Made by a program: the position numbers and the translations under genes. The notes under the pieces are model-generated. The model worked only from the letters and a program-made list of their open reading frames with translations. It was not told the origin of the DNA and made no database searches. A stretch of DNA of 64,000 nt. It comes from a virus. Below are positions 7,652 to 17,935 of the stretch, in pieces (position 1 is the first letter of the stretch; the number at the start of each line of letters is the position of its first letter). The stretch is taken from positions 49,661 to 113,660 of IMG/VR virus record IMGVR_UViG_3300037478_000520; one strand, written 5' to 3'.

Positions 7652-9790
7652 CTAGATCAGCAACCCGGGAAGTCGAACGTAGACCGGATGAACGCTCAAG
7701 CTTAGCGCGATCGACCCGCCACTCGAGGCGATTGTCGACGTTCCTCCGACGACGTCGGTGAGAGTCGCCGTCCCGACCGCGGGGTGGTTGTAGGCGCTGG
7801 CGACGGTGGAGTCACGCTTCCACACCGCTAGCCTCACCACACCACCGTCGTTCACAAATTCGAAGACGTACTGGTTACTGTTTCCCGTGGCGATTCGTCG
7901 GACAAACCGAAAGCTACCAAGCTCTTGCGCGAGCACGCCGGCGGCCGTCATCGCTGGTCGACCGTTGATGAAGAAAACCTCCTGTCCGCTGGTGTTTGCT
8001 CGCAGATACCAGCTTCGGAAGCGCACGCCGCGTGACAGCCCAAACAGGAAGTCACGCACGTGATAGCTCGCCTGGAGCAGGTTTTGCGTAGCCCCGCCGT
8101 CAGTGCGCCACCCGTGCTCGGAGTTTAGGATCGTTCCGACGTCATGCCCGACAAGATCCCAATACGAGTCGTAGTGGGCTTCCTCGGGCGCCCGCCCTGC
8201 GGCCATGTTGTCCGTCGGGCTGAAAGACTCCGCCGTGTAGAAGTGGACGCTTACGCGATCGAGCAGTGCCACCACGCCGTTGTCGATTAGGCGCTGCAGG
8301 TACGCCTGTGCGACGGACAGGTTCACGCCTGTCCCGGCCAAACCCGGCCCGGTGATAAAGACGTTGGGGTCCGCAGCGCGCATCGCTGGAATCACCACAT
8401 GCGCAAGCGCCGAGTACTCGTCCGCCGCTGCGAGTGCCCCCTCCAGCGTGTTCACCATCGGCCAGAAGTTCGAGATGTTAGGCTCGTTCCCAAGCTCGAA
8501 CATCACCTTGGCGCCAGCCCAGTGCGCCGCCGCGGCAGCCGCGAAGTTCGCATAGGCCGTACGTCCTCCGGCGTCATATGGAGGAGCCGACCCGGCGCCG
8601 TAGATGGGCGTATTGTGCGTCATTTGCAAGTTCTGCAAAACGCCGATCCCAAGGGCGTTGAACTCGTCGACGATTCGATCGTAGTTGGGCGCCGTCGTCC
8701 AGTCGTAGACACCCTCCGACTCTTCGATGTCAGACCAGTAAAGGCGAGACCGGACCCACTTGAAGCCGTCCGCCGCGACGTCGGCCGCGTAGACGCTGAC
8801 GTCGCCAGGATTCACCCCAAGATTCAGCGACAGGCCATCCGTCGCGTAGTCAAGAACGCCAAGAGCGCCGCCGAGGTCATCAGCCTCAAGCGAACTACCC
8901 GGCGAATACGCGCCTATTTCCCACTGAGACATCAGCGCTTGCTCGGCTTGCGACTGGTTTGTCTCGTCGTGGGCTACCGAGTAGCACAGAAGACGCCCGA
9001 ACAGCTGCTCGACGTTTGTTCCTCCGAGATTGGCGCCAACGGCGACCATCCCGTAAACAGTATTGAAGGTTGGCGTGCCTGTGCCAACCAACGTTCCGTT
9101 TTTGTGCATCGTAAGGGTGCCCGAGGCTAGCTTGATGCACCACACGGCCCACTCTTCGTAGCTGTGCTCGTTCGCATTCACTTCGCCAGAGGTTGAGGTG
9201 AACCGAGCGAAGTCCGGAGTTCCTTGGCGCATTTCGACTACAAACGCGCCAGCTGTGCTGAGGCTACCGCTGACGAAGATCCAATTCGTCGCCGCGTTGT
9301 CCGCGACTTTTCCAACCCAGTACCATGTACGATCGGCAGCGCCCGTTGGCAGTCCTACCGGGCCTGTCTTCGCATTGCTCTCGCTTGACCCGTTGTAGGC
9401 AATGCAGTCGATGCCGCTTGGTGCACCCGCGGCAACGATCTGACCTCCGCTGTCGCCGCCCATCGGTGTCGCGTGGTTGTCGTTGCCGCTGGCGTCGTTC
9501 AGCGACGTGACTTCGGTGCCCGATAGCCCGTGATTCCCGGAGCTAGCGTCCCAATCAAGCACGAGATCGTCCGTCGGGACGAGCAATTCCACTTCGTTTT
9601 CTGGCTGTTGCTCTGGGACTTGTGGCGATGGGACAGGAATCTGTGGATCTTCAGGCTGAAGCAACCCGGCTTCATCGAACCAGCCAGCCCACATAGCGGC
9701 CCACGATTCGGCTGCTTCCTCTGTACTGCCAGGACGAGCCGCGAACAGAGCAAGCACGTCGTTCACGATCCTGGTGTTAGTTAGCGCCAT
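7652..9790 (-). CDS. Virion-associated LamG/ConA-like domain plus clan GH-A (GH5/GH39-like) glycoside hydrolase
   Basis: N-terminal D.SGNDNHAT...LamG-type beta domain. C-terminal WVRSRLYWSDIE...GVYDW, acid/base motif ELGNEPN, VSVHFY, nucleophile motif NSEHGW. Confidence 0.78.
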   Translation of the reverse strand: MALTNTRIVNDVLALFAARPGSTEEAAESWAAMWAGWFDEAGLLQPEDPQIPVPSPQVPEQQPENEVELLVPTDDLVLDWDASSGNHGLSGTEVTSLNDASGNDNHATPMGGDSGGQIVAAGAPSGIDCIAYNGSSESNAKTGPVGLPTGAADRTWYWVGKVADNAATNWIFVSGSLSTAGAFVVEMRQGTPDFARFTSTSGEVNANEHSYEEWAVWCIKLASGTLTMHKNGTLVGTGTPTFNTVYGMVAVGANLGGTNVEQLFGRLLCYSVAHDETNQSQAEQALMSQWEIGAYSPGSSLEADDLGGALGVLDYATDGLSLNLGVNPGDVSVYAADVAADGFKWVRSRLYWSDIEESEGVYDWTTAPNYDRIVDEFNALGIGVLQNLQMTHNTPIYGAGSAPPYDAGGRTAYANFAAAAAAHWAGAKVMFELGNEPNISNFWPMVNTLEGALAAADEYSALAHVVIPAMRAADPNVFITGPGLAGTGVNLSVAQAYLQRLIDNGVVALLDRVSVHFYTAESFSPTDNMAAGRAPEEAHYDSYWDLVGHDVGTILNSEHGWRTDGGATQNLLQASYHVRDFLFGLSRGVRFRSWYLRANTSGQEVFFINGRPAMTAAGVLAQELGSFRFVRRIATGNSNQYVFEFVNDGGVVRLAVWKRDSTVASAYNHPAVGTATLTDVVGGTSTIASSGGSIALSLSVHPVYVRLPGLLI

Positions 9791-9792
9791 AT

Positions 9793-10947
9793 CTAATTGC
9801 TTGTTGGCTTTGGAATATCAGTAGGACCAGCACTAGACCCGTGTATGTGAGATATCAGGCTTATAGAAACTGCAGGCAACGCTCCAACAGGAGCTTGTAC
9901 GCCAGTCACATCACCGTCCGACGCAACGCTTTGCGCACTCGCCTCACCCTCGACACGCAGTGTTCCGTTGATCGTCACGTCTCCCGTGATCACCATGCTG
10001 GTCAGCGCGGCGCCCATGAGCCAGAGGCTCGCGAACGGCTTGCTCGGGTCTGAGTTTTCCCATCCGATCAGCACGATCGAACGAGGCGGAAACGTCACTT
10101 CGACGCCCGGCATCCCGAGACGTAGAGGAACGCGCGTAATGCCCTGACCACGGATCCTCTCGTCGTCCGGCATGACGTCGACAAATTTGCCGGACTGCGA
10201 AATCACCTCAGCGGTGTACATCCGTGAATAGTCAAGCTTGCGGTCGATCCGTCTATCGGCCTGCTGCTCGGACGTCTGATTCTGGGAGGTCTCCGAGACG
10301 CACAACAACTCTTGCCGAAGTTTCGTCCCGCTCAGGTACGTCGTGACCTCGGTCACGCATCGTCCGGAGTACGTCACCCCCGGGTACGCGAGCGGGGTCT
10401 CTGGGGCAATCTCGTAGCGCCCGGAAGCCGGCATGGGGTCGGTCTCGATATCGACGTTTTCGTCGGACTCGAGTTCGGGAAAGGAGTCGATCCCGATCCA
10501 CACTGTGCCGTCGCGCAGGACACGCCAGGTAGCCCCGGGGAAGCGCTCCACAACTGCGGAGAGTGCCTCGGCGACCGTGCCCTTAGCGCGGTGGTAGGCG
10601 TTGAGACGGTGTCCGACAACAGCCACGTCGCTGTCTGGTGAGAGGACTTCACCTCCGACTCGAAGGATGTCCCTGGCGATCAGTGACACCGATGGCCCGG
10701 CATCGTACCAGAGTGGCTTGACTGGCTTTTGAAGCCCGCCAGCGCCTCCGACGAGCCTGCAGCGGTAACGTCCTGCGTCGAGTTCGCCACGGGTCACTGT
10801 TCCCCGCCACTCGATTCCCTCGATCTCGAAGGTGACGACTGGTGCGAGTTCTTCGTCGGTGTCTACGTCAATGCTTGCGGACCAGGCACCCTTCGTGCGC
10901 TCCTGAATCTTCGCGGAGATAAGTCCTTGGTCGTTTGCTGACGCCAT
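9793..10947 (-). CDS. Fused baseplate hub + central spike (VgrG-like architecture)
   Basis: Start taken at ATG 10947. N-terminal late-control-D-like hub (WRVLRDGTVWIG), then an OB-like segment (V.IGWENSDPSKP), a beta-helix (ITGDVTINGTLRVEG) and a terminal HIH motif. Confidence 0.7.
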   Translation of the reverse strand: MASANDQGLISAKIQERTKGAWSASIDVDTDEELAPVVTFEIEGIEWRGTVTRGELDAGRYRCRLVGGAGGLQKPVKPLWYDAGPSVSLIARDILRVGGEVLSPDSDVAVVGHRLNAYHRAKGTVAEALSAVVERFPGATWRVLRDGTVWIGIDSFPELESDENVDIETDPMPASGRYEIAPETPLAYPGVTYSGRCVTEVTTYLSGTKLRQELLCVSETSQNQTSEQQADRRIDRKLDYSRMYTAEVISQSGKFVDVMPDDERIRGQGITRVPLRLGMPGVEVTFPPRSIVLIGWENSDPSKPFASLWLMGAALTSMVITGDVTINGTLRVEGEASAQSVASDGDVTGVQAPVGALPAVSISLISHIHGSSAGPTDIPKPTSN

Positions 10948-10951
10948 CGGA

Positions 10952-11566
10952 TCACGGAGCGAAGTTGATGAAGTCGGGCTGCCCGACGAGTGACTCCAGA
11001 TCGACCTCGAGGCTCGGAGGTTGCGCACCGTACCATGCTGAGCCCTCTATGCCCTGTGGTCGCTGAATGCCGCCCGTTGCGACGTAGTACCCTCCCAGCG
11101 GCCCCACCTGCGCCGGGTCTGGCTGTGGCTTTCGCTTCTTCGGCTCAGGAATCCATTCGATCGCCGAGATCGAGACTTCGCCGATCCCGTCGTCCCCGAT
11201 ATGGGGGCCGTCGACATCCTTCAGCTCGATCTCGTTGACGTTGTACCAGTCGGTCGCGGGGTGCGAGATTGTGATCGGCCCACGCGCGTCGCCCCGCTTG
11301 GGTAGCAGGTAGCGCATGATGTCCGAGAGTTCCTCCGACTCGTCTGCAGTGAACCGGACGCTGATCGACACCCTGTGCGGCAGAAGACCTCGATCGCGCA
11401 CCCGAGCCCCGTCACGCCCGCGTCGCACCTTGACATCAAGCTCCTTCGACCAGTTGACGCTGACCTTCACCGCGCCGGGCATGGTGAACCGGCCGAGATA
11501 CAGGTTGTCCCACTCGGAATCGATAGAGCCCGGGGTTTCCCACCTTGGAACGAGCGCCATGGTCAC
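10952..11566 (-). CDS. Tail tube initiator / gpU-like protein
   Basis: Position between tape measure and hub genes; ITISHP motif. Confidence 0.55.
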   Translation of the reverse strand: MTMALVPRWETPGSIDSEWDNLYLGRFTMPGAVKVSVNWSKELDVKVRRGRDGARVRDRGLLPHRVSISVRFTADESEELSDIMRYLLPKRGDARGPITISHPATDWYNVNEIELKDVDGPHIGDDGIGEVSISAIEWIPEPKKRKPQPDPAQVGPLGGYYVATGGIQRPQGIEGSAWYGAQPPSLEVDLESLVGQPDFINFAP

Positions 11567-13422
11567 GCACCTTGAAGTTGCATGTTGTCGAAGGCGTCGC
11601 GGTTGACGCGATCGACCAACTTCGCGATCTGTTCGGGATCAGGATTCCCGTCCACGTTGATCTGCACGCTCGGTGCGTACGTCATGTTCTTCATCATGGA
11701 CGACAGTGCGCCACTAGGCTTTGCGTTGCTTGCCGCCGCCGCCTCGTCAGTCACGTTGCTGCTTGGGAAAAGCTCGTTCCACGACTTCTTGTTCCACAAC
11801 CATGAAAAGTCACGTGTCACAGAACCAGGCTCGCCGCGCGATTCTTCACTGCCAACAAATTCCCGAAGACTCTGCACGGCGTACAGGACACCGATGAACC
11901 CAGCGAGCTTTGACACTACAAAAAGCAGCGGTAGAGCCTTCGACATAATGGTGCCGAATGCTCCGCTTAGTGACTTGGCGGCTTCTGGCGCTCCCTTGAA
12001 CAACCTATTCATCTCCAGCATGCCGCCGACAATGCCGCCAACTACACTCACCACCTTGCCGAGTGCTAGCACAGCACCACCGGCCCACAGGGTGACCTCT
12101 CCCGCTGGCGTCTGGAAGAACTGAATCGCCTTGCCGGCCAGCTTGAAGCCACTGGCAACCAGCCCGAGAGCTTCCGCGGCTAGGTTGCCTAGGCGTCTCC
12201 AGTCGATGTCGCCGTCAACGCCTCGCATCGATTCCATGACGCGATCGAACCCTTCGCCAAACCCGGTCATGAACGCGTCCAACTTCGGCACGGCTGCTAA
12301 CATTCCGCCAAATACGAGGTCTGTGAACTTGGCGATCTTCCCCGTGTCTATGTTCTTGATCACGTCGATGAGACGAGATAGCGCTTCCCTGTACTTTTCG
12401 ATGCCGGACTTCCCTGTCGCGAGCACCCGCATCTGAAGCCAGGCGGGGGCCGCCTTCAGGCGCGCTTGCTTTCCAAGCTGGCTGTCTGCGAACTGGAGCC
12501 CTGTATCGCCAGCTTGTGACTGATTCAGCTTCTGGTTGATCGCGGCAGAGACAGCGGTCAGGCCCATATCAGCGTTGACATTGCCGGCCGTAATCGCTGA
12601 CATGACTTGAGCGTTCGTTTTCAAGCCAAGCGGCTTCTTCAGATTCTCGAGCACTAACGCAACGGACACGCCCGCTTCCGAGAACTGCTGGTTGAGTTCC
12701 TCCGCTTGCAGACGTCCCTTCGCCATGACCTGCGTCGCCGCGCGCAAGAAGCGCTTGTATTCAACGTCGTCCGCGATCCCTGCGCCACGAAGGTCGGCGC
12801 CCAGCTTGATGAACTCTTCGGCTCGACTCTTCGAAAACTGCATGGCGCGCAGTTTCACGTACTGCTTCTGCGTATCGACGGGGTCTAGCGCGAACTTGTC
12901 CGCCAGTGCTAACGAACCTCCATACTCCTCGTTGCCCGCTGCCTTTGAACCGGTGATTGCCGAAAGCGCCATCTTCATGCGCTCAACGTGCCCAGCCATG
13001 CTAGCCACGCCACGAACAACCGAGCCACCAACCAGCGCAGCAAACGCGCCACCGGCGAAGGCTGCCATTCGTCCGACGCTGAACAGCGAGCTGGTGACCC
13101 TGTTGAGTCCGCGAACGATGGAGCTATCTCCAGCCTCTTTCAGACCCGACCCCATGCGCTCGAACGATGTCTTCGTTTTGTGCGCGGACAATGCGGTACG
13201 GTTGATGCCACCGCGGATCCTGCGCATGGCAGCGCCCGCGCGACCGGCCGCCATCGTGCCCGGCAGTGCGCGCGTGAACGACTTCATGCGTCGTTCTGTC
13301 ATCTCGGCAGTCCTGCCAAGACCCTTCATGGCTCGCTCTACGTCACGGATGGACTCCGCTGCACGTCGAGCGGGAGCGCTCACGCGGTCCACGAGCTCTA
13401 GCACAAAGCGGAGTTTGTTCAC
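11563..13422 (-). CDS. Tape measure protein
   Basis: Starts with LVDRVSAPAR; tape-measure domain Q..AKGRLQAEELNQ; Ala/Gly helical and hydrophobic segments. Confidence 0.92.
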   Translation of the reverse strand: MNKLRFVLELVDRVSAPARRAAESIRDVERAMKGLGRTAEMTERRMKSFTRALPGTMAAGRAGAAMRRIRGGINRTALSAHKTKTSFERMGSGLKEAGDSSIVRGLNRVTSSLFSVGRMAAFAGGAFAALVGGSVVRGVASMAGHVERMKMALSAITGSKAAGNEEYGGSLALADKFALDPVDTQKQYVKLRAMQFSKSRAEEFIKLGADLRGAGIADDVEYKRFLRAATQVMAKGRLQAEELNQQFSEAGVSVALVLENLKKPLGLKTNAQVMSAITAGNVNADMGLTAVSAAINQKLNQSQAGDTGLQFADSQLGKQARLKAAPAWLQMRVLATGKSGIEKYREALSRLIDVIKNIDTGKIAKFTDLVFGGMLAAVPKLDAFMTGFGEGFDRVMESMRGVDGDIDWRRLGNLAAEALGLVASGFKLAGKAIQFFQTPAGEVTLWAGGAVLALGKVVSVVGGIVGGMLEMNRLFKGAPEAAKSLSGAFGTIMSKALPLLFVVSKLAGFIGVLYAVQSLREFVGSEESRGEPGSVTRDFSWLWNKKSWNELFPSSNVTDEAAAASNAKPSGALSSMMKNMTYAPSVQINVDGNPDPEQIAKLVDRVNRDAFDNMQLQGA

Positions 13423-13425
13423 GGT

Positions 13426-13617
13426 TCAGTCCTTGCCAACAGCCATGGTCCGGATCGCTCGCATATCCAGCGCGATCCCGATCAGGATTTCAACGACGGC
13501 ACGCTTAGCGTGAGCCTCGAAGTGGGCCTCTGGCATCGCGTCCTCGCCGAGTTCCGGTGAACTTGTGGAATAGAGCCTGGCGACGCCAAGGGCTCTCTCC
13601 CATGTCAGAGTTTTTTT
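13426..13617 (-). other. -1 programmed frameshift extension of the chaperone (gpGT-like)
   Basis: A7 run at 13617-13611. The -1 frame is open (TLTWERALGVARLY...MAVGKD) to TGA ending at 13426, 3 nt before the tape measure start. Confidence 0.75.
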
Positions 13618-13949
13618 GCAGAAGAATCGTCCAGCCCGGACGCCTCAACAATCTCCGCGAAGAACTTCTGCACGACAGGCGGGCGCGACTTGATCAACTC
13701 GTCGAGATCCTCGCGGCTGGTTCGCACGCACTGCAGGACCAGCGTCTTCATGGCCAAAGCCGTGTTCTTCTTCGCATCCTGCATGTCATTGAAGCACACA
13801 AACCACTGCCCCTCGCTTGGGGCTGCGAACGCGTATGCCTTGCCGTGGACGGGCACGACGACGATCGCGCCCTTGTTTTGCTTCAACGACTCAATCTGCT
13901 CGGCCGACAGATCTCCGATATTCGGCTCCAACTCCGACTGCTCTTCCAT
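13605..13949 (-). CDS. Tail assembly chaperone (gpG-like)
   Basis: Between tube and tape measure genes; ends GCA AAA AAA CTC TGA, a slippery site. Confidence 0.8.
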   Translation of the reverse strand: MEEQSELEPNIGDLSAEQIESLKQNKGAIVVVPVHGKAYAFAAPSEGQWFVCFNDMQDAKKNTALAMKTLVLQCVRTSREDLDELIKSRPPVVQKFFAEIVEASGLDDSSAKKL

Positions 13950-13962
13950 GAATTCTCCTAAA

Positions 13963-14463
13963 TCAGATGCCTAAAGCACCCGTGATCAGATTTGCGACGT
14001 CGGAAAGACCTCCGGTCATTGCCTTGCCGTTGCGAAGGATTCGGACGATGTCGAGCGTGAAGACGGTGCGAAGGACATCCGTTCCGTCCGAGTGGCTGTC
14101 TTCGTCTCCAATGATCTGGCAACCGATCAACGAGTCGATGATCGGAACGCCAGCGAGTCCCGCCTCGAAGTAGGTGACCGTCAGGTCGAAACTGTTCTCG
14201 CCGTAGCCGCCGATCCCTAGACCGGAGGTGATATCGAGAAGGGCGTCGCCATCCTCTTTGTACATGGTGATCGAACCCGTCGGCTCTTCTCGGCCCTTCG
14301 TTCGGCCTCGCTTGACGCTAGAAAAGCCATAGAGCGTACCGATCGTTCGCTGGTTGCTGTAGCTCAGCTCGATGATGTTCTGCACCGGGATAGGGCCGAT
14401 CTTGACTTCGATCGAGGACGACTGGAACAGATGCCCGTTTACGCGGAAACCGAGGAATGTCAT
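13963..14463 (-). CDS. Tail tube protein
   Basis: Follows the sheath; motif G......GRTKG.EEPTGSITM. Confidence 0.8.
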   Translation of the reverse strand: MTFLGFRVNGHLFQSSSIEVKIGPIPVQNIIELSYSNQRTIGTLYGFSSVKRGRTKGREEPTGSITMYKEDGDALLDITSGLGIGGYGENSFDLTVTYFEAGLAGVPIIDSLIGCQIIGDEDSHSDGTDVLRTVFTLDIVRILRNGKAMTGGLSDVANLITGALGI

Positions 14464-15965
14464 GCCGCCCCCGACGCGCTAAGGTTCAGCGCATAGCCGA
14501 TGAAGTTGTCGATGTGCTTCAGGTAGCCGAGCGGTCTGACCGCGGTGTTGCACTGAAGCGTGTTGTTCAGAGCGACGTTGTAGGACCCGTCGATCGTGAA
14601 CTTGACGCCGCTGACGTGCGACTTGCCGTCGAGGTTGCGCGGGTGCATGAGAGCCGCGTCCAACTGTCGCTGAACGTCGTCCTCGATCTGCACCTTGTCG
14701 CGTGGATCGATCGTGCCGTCTTCCTGCACACGAACCGAGGTGCTGAGGTACGGAAGAAGAGCCCCGTACGTGGTCGCGCACGCCAGATCCATGACTCGTC
14801 CGTGTTGGATGTAGACGTAGTCCGACCCAGGAGGCGACGTCAGTGGGGCGTTGGTGACCCAGTAGCCTGCTTCACCGACGAACGTCCTTAGCGTCGCGAA
14901 ACTGTGAGGCGCCTCGTCGACCGCGATGTTTGCGGTTCTCTCGTCGTGGGACACACCCTGCGACGTGATCGACCCTTCTGGACCGCTGGAGAAGCGGGCT
15001 GGATCATCCGAGACCGTGCCAAACGCGGATCGGGCTACGATGTGAACCGACGCCTCCATGTCGGGAGCACCCCAGCCAGCAAAACCTTTGTAGGTGATGG
15101 TGTTGGCGGTTCCGAAGCACTTGGTGGCCCGTCGGTTTGGACTTACGCCAGCATAGTCAGACTTGGCGTCGCTCGCGGTTCCGATGCCCGCGTTCATGAT
15201 TCCACGGAAGTACTGATGCGAGTTCACGAGTGCTGCCAACTGAGACTGGAACGCCGTGAACATGGCCGCGCCAGCGCTTGTCGAAGCCGCGTTTCCAGCC
15301 AACGCCACTACGCCTCGGCGATACGACGCTGCCGCGATCGCTGCGAACCCGTCACCAAGATTGGTGGTCGAGTAGTAGGGAGCGGTGCATGCAAACGTGT
15401 GCATGTCGCCGTCCTTGAAGAAGACGCTTCCGGCACCCGGGACGAACGTCAACGTAAGCCCCGTGTTGGGCACTGCGTACGCGCCGCCTCCCGACGGAAC
15501 GAGGATGCTTTGCGACCAGGTCCCGGTGATCAGGTCCGTCGCACTGAGCTTGTCGAGTCGGTAGCGAAACTCGGCATCGCCAAGCGTTCCTGTTCCCGTG
15601 ATCTCGACGGTTGCCTGGTAAGCGTCGTAGGGAGTTCCCGAGACGGTGATCGTTCCAGTAGACGGGTCACCAGCCCCCGAGGAAGCCGTCTTTGCGACCG
15701 CCCCCGCGGTTCCGACGATCGAGCCTGTTAGACGAACCGCGCGGACAGGACCACCGACCCCCTCGGTCGAGAGCGTGTGGCACACGCCTTCGACCAGCGG
15801 CCCGTGTCCAAGCGTGTCCTGCGCACTCCGTGGATTGGAGAACGTGTAGACGGTGTTCGCGGTTCCGGACGAGCTGATGCCCATCCAAATGAATCCCGCG
15901 TCACGGTTCTGAGCGAGACCGAGACCCGGATCGATGATCGTCTGCGTGACGTTTGGGATCGTCAT
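14460..15965 (-). CDS. Tail sheath protein (DUF2586-like)
   Basis: V...I.DPGLG, LG.GPLVE, TLRTFVG..GYWVTN, GSDY.YI...RVMD.A, VRPLGY...I...IG. Confidence 0.85.
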   Translation of the reverse strand: MTIPNVTQTIIDPGLGLAQNRDAGFIWMGISSSGTANTVYTFSNPRSAQDTLGHGPLVEGVCHTLSTEGVGGPVRAVRLTGSIVGTAGAVAKTASSGAGDPSTGTITVSGTPYDAYQATVEITGTGTLGDAEFRYRLDKLSATDLITGTWSQSILVPSGGGAYAVPNTGLTLTFVPGAGSVFFKDGDMHTFACTAPYYSTTNLGDGFAAIAAASYRRGVVALAGNAASTSAGAAMFTAFQSQLAALVNSHQYFRGIMNAGIGTASDAKSDYAGVSPNRRATKCFGTANTITYKGFAGWGAPDMEASVHIVARSAFGTVSDDPARFSSGPEGSITSQGVSHDERTANIAVDEAPHSFATLRTFVGEAGYWVTNAPLTSPPGSDYVYIQHGRVMDLACATTYGALLPYLSTSVRVQEDGTIDPRDKVQIEDDVQRQLDAALMHPRNLDGKSHVSGVKFTIDGSYNVALNNTLQCNTAVRPLGYLKHIDNFIGYALNLSASGAA

Positions 15966-16288
15966 CAGTCAACGCCTCCAAGAGTGAAAAGCGCCGGTCG
16001 ATGGGCGCGGGGATTCGGTTCAAGCGCTGCTTTGATGGCTGCGAGGTAGTCCTTCTCGCTCAGCTGCATCGGTGCGCTGTTGTGATGGGCGTGACTCGCC
16101 CACCGGTGGACATAGGCAGCCACGTCGTGCTTCCAGTCCTCACGATTCGGGCCACGCCGGTCAGCCGGGAATGCTGCCGCGCGCCACTCATCGACGGTCC
16201 GCAGTTCCGTAACGGGCGATTGGTCGTCGCCTGAATGCACGTCATCGCTCGTCGTGTCGCCTTGCGGCGAACCGGATTTTTTGCCCAT
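15965..16288 (-). CDS. Hypothetical protein
   Basis: ATG with GGAG RBS; stop overlaps the sheath start. Confidence 0.6.
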   Translation of the reverse strand: MGKKSGSPQGDTTSDDVHSGDDQSPVTELRTVDEWRAAAFPADRRGPNREDWKHDVAAYVHRWASHAHHNSAPMQLSEKDYLAAIKAALEPNPRAHRPALFTLGGVD

Positions 16289-16397
16289 GAGGGCTCCTTA
16301 TTGAAATATCGCGCTACTCGTGCGCGCTGCTGAAAACGCTAGGTGGCGCTACGCCGCAACGAAGCTAAAACGTTCCGATAGGGGACGGTCGACGTCG

Positions 16398-16820
16398 CTA
16401 TTCCATCGACTGTTCGTGCTGCACCACTCGCGCTAGGAACAGCCCAGTCAGGTCAGGTCGCCCTCTGGATACGCGCGGCGAGCCGACTCGCTTGTCCACC
16501 ATGTTCGTGGCGTCTCGCTCGGGCGGCACCAAAAACACGGCTCCTGTGTGCCCGCCAGTCGTGATGGGCAGCACGATGGCCCGCTTTGGCGGCCGGCCAG
16601 GCGGGGTGTGCCAACCAGAAGCGCTGTCCCAGTCTGTGCCTTGCTGCGCGGTTGGAGGCGTCGGGTGATTGGCCACCAGCCACCAGTCCGGGACCGAGCC
16701 CGGGTCGCTGTTCCACGCGGCATAGAGTTCGCGCACGTACTCGTCCTCGGCCTCGAGCAAGCGCTGAAGCTCGTCGTCGACCTCGGAAGCGTCCTCGCAC
16801 TGAATGTACTTGGTCGTCAT
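16398..16820 (-). CDS. Hypothetical protein
   Basis: ATGA-coupled to the upstream gene. Confidence 0.5.
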   Translation of the reverse strand: MTTKYIQCEDASEVDDELQRLLEAEDEYVRELYAAWNSDPGSVPDWWLVANHPTPPTAQQGTDWDSASGWHTPPGRPPKRAIVLPITTGGHTGAVFLVPPERDATNMVDKRVGSPRVSRGRPDLTGLFLARVVQHEQSME

Positions 16821-17596
16821 GGCAGGGCCGCCGCAATCGTGGGGTAGTGCGTCGCCACGTAGCCGTACGCGAGCGCTGCCGCTTCGTCGTCGTCAGATTC
16901 AAGCGCGACGACAACAACGGACACGTCAACCGCGGTGGGGTTTCCGGCAACCGAGTTGTGCCCCAAGTGAAAGCGGTCGATGCCTCCCGCCGTTGTGCCG
17001 GTTGTCAACGCGGTCTCGGCTTTAGTGCCGAAGTTTTTTCGCGCGTAAAAGCCCGTGACCGGCCAGCCGCACTGCACCAGTACCGGGGTGCCAACGGTGG
17101 CTACACCGGCGCTAGTCGTTAGCGACGCACCGTCGTAGGCTCTCCAAAATGGGGTGGCGCCACTCTGGATTATTGCCGACCCCTCTTCGGCGGAGCCAGC
17201 AGTCCCCCGAAGACCCCAAATCGCCCTGAAAAGTGAGACATTTTGCGCTTGCGCTACCGTGTGAACCGAAGGGCGCGAACCTGCGACGATATCCCAGCCG
17301 AGCGAGAACCCGCGCTCGGTCACGCCGTCAAAGCGCAAGCAGGGCTGGCCGTCTAGACCGTCCGCCACGTAGAGCGGAGGCGCCGCGCTGCAGTCGAGAT
17401 CCCGCGTGCCTGGCGATGCCTGGTTGCGCACCGTGACGACGTCTGCGCCGGAAAATACGAGTGAATCAAAATCGAGGATGTCGTAGATGGCATAAACGCC
17501 AGATGCAAACCCATCCGCGATCGATGGAGAATTTTGGACATTGCCGCAGATGACGTCTCCGACAACATCACCAATTCGATCAATGAAATGGGGCAC
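16817..17596 (-). CDS. LamG/ConA-like virion protein
   Basis: V..VRNQASPG..DL....P.Y...GL.GQP.LRFDG pattern. Confidence 0.55.
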   Translation of the reverse strand: MPHFIDRIGDVVGDVICGNVQNSPSIADGFASGVYAIYDILDFDSLVFSGADVVTVRNQASPGTRDLDCSAAPPLYVADGLDGQPCLRFDGVTERGFSLGWDIVAGSRPSVHTVAQAQNVSLFRAIWGLRGTAGSAEEGSAIIQSGATPFWRAYDGASLTTSAGVATVGTPVLVQCGWPVTGFYARKNFGTKAETALTTGTTAGGIDRFHLGHNSVAGNPTAVDVSVVVVALESDDDEAAALAYGYVATHYPTIAAALP

Positions 17597-17925
17597 TAGG
17601 CTACAGACCCGATCAGGACCTCGATAGTCGGGCTGCCGGACGAATGCACGAGTTGCAGTCGAAAGTGATCGTAGCCGCTGCCCTGAAAACAGATGCCTGT
17701 TGTCCTTTCAGCGCCGCCTGCCGGAAGCTGCTTGACAGTGATGTCGCTCGTGTAGTTGAGCCAATTCACGCCGTCGTTGCTAAAAAACAGGTTTACGGCA
17801 CTGACAGCCAAGGCTTGGCTGTAGTTGATCTGAATGGCGACTGTGCGCCCCATCAACGCCTTGCCGTAGCGATCGATGTTCAATGTCCCAGTAGAAAACA
17901 CGAGTGGCCCGTAGATGCGTTCCAT
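17596..17925 (-). CDS. Hypothetical virion protein
   Basis: SNDGVNW motif; coupled within the structural operon. Confidence 0.55.
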   Translation of the reverse strand: MERIYGPLVFSTGTLNIDRYGKALMGRTVAIQINYSQALAVSAVNLFFSNDGVNWLNYTSDITVKQLPAGGAERTTGICFQGSGYDHFRLQLVHSSGSPTIEVLIGSVA

Positions 17926-17935
17926 TCTCTAAACC

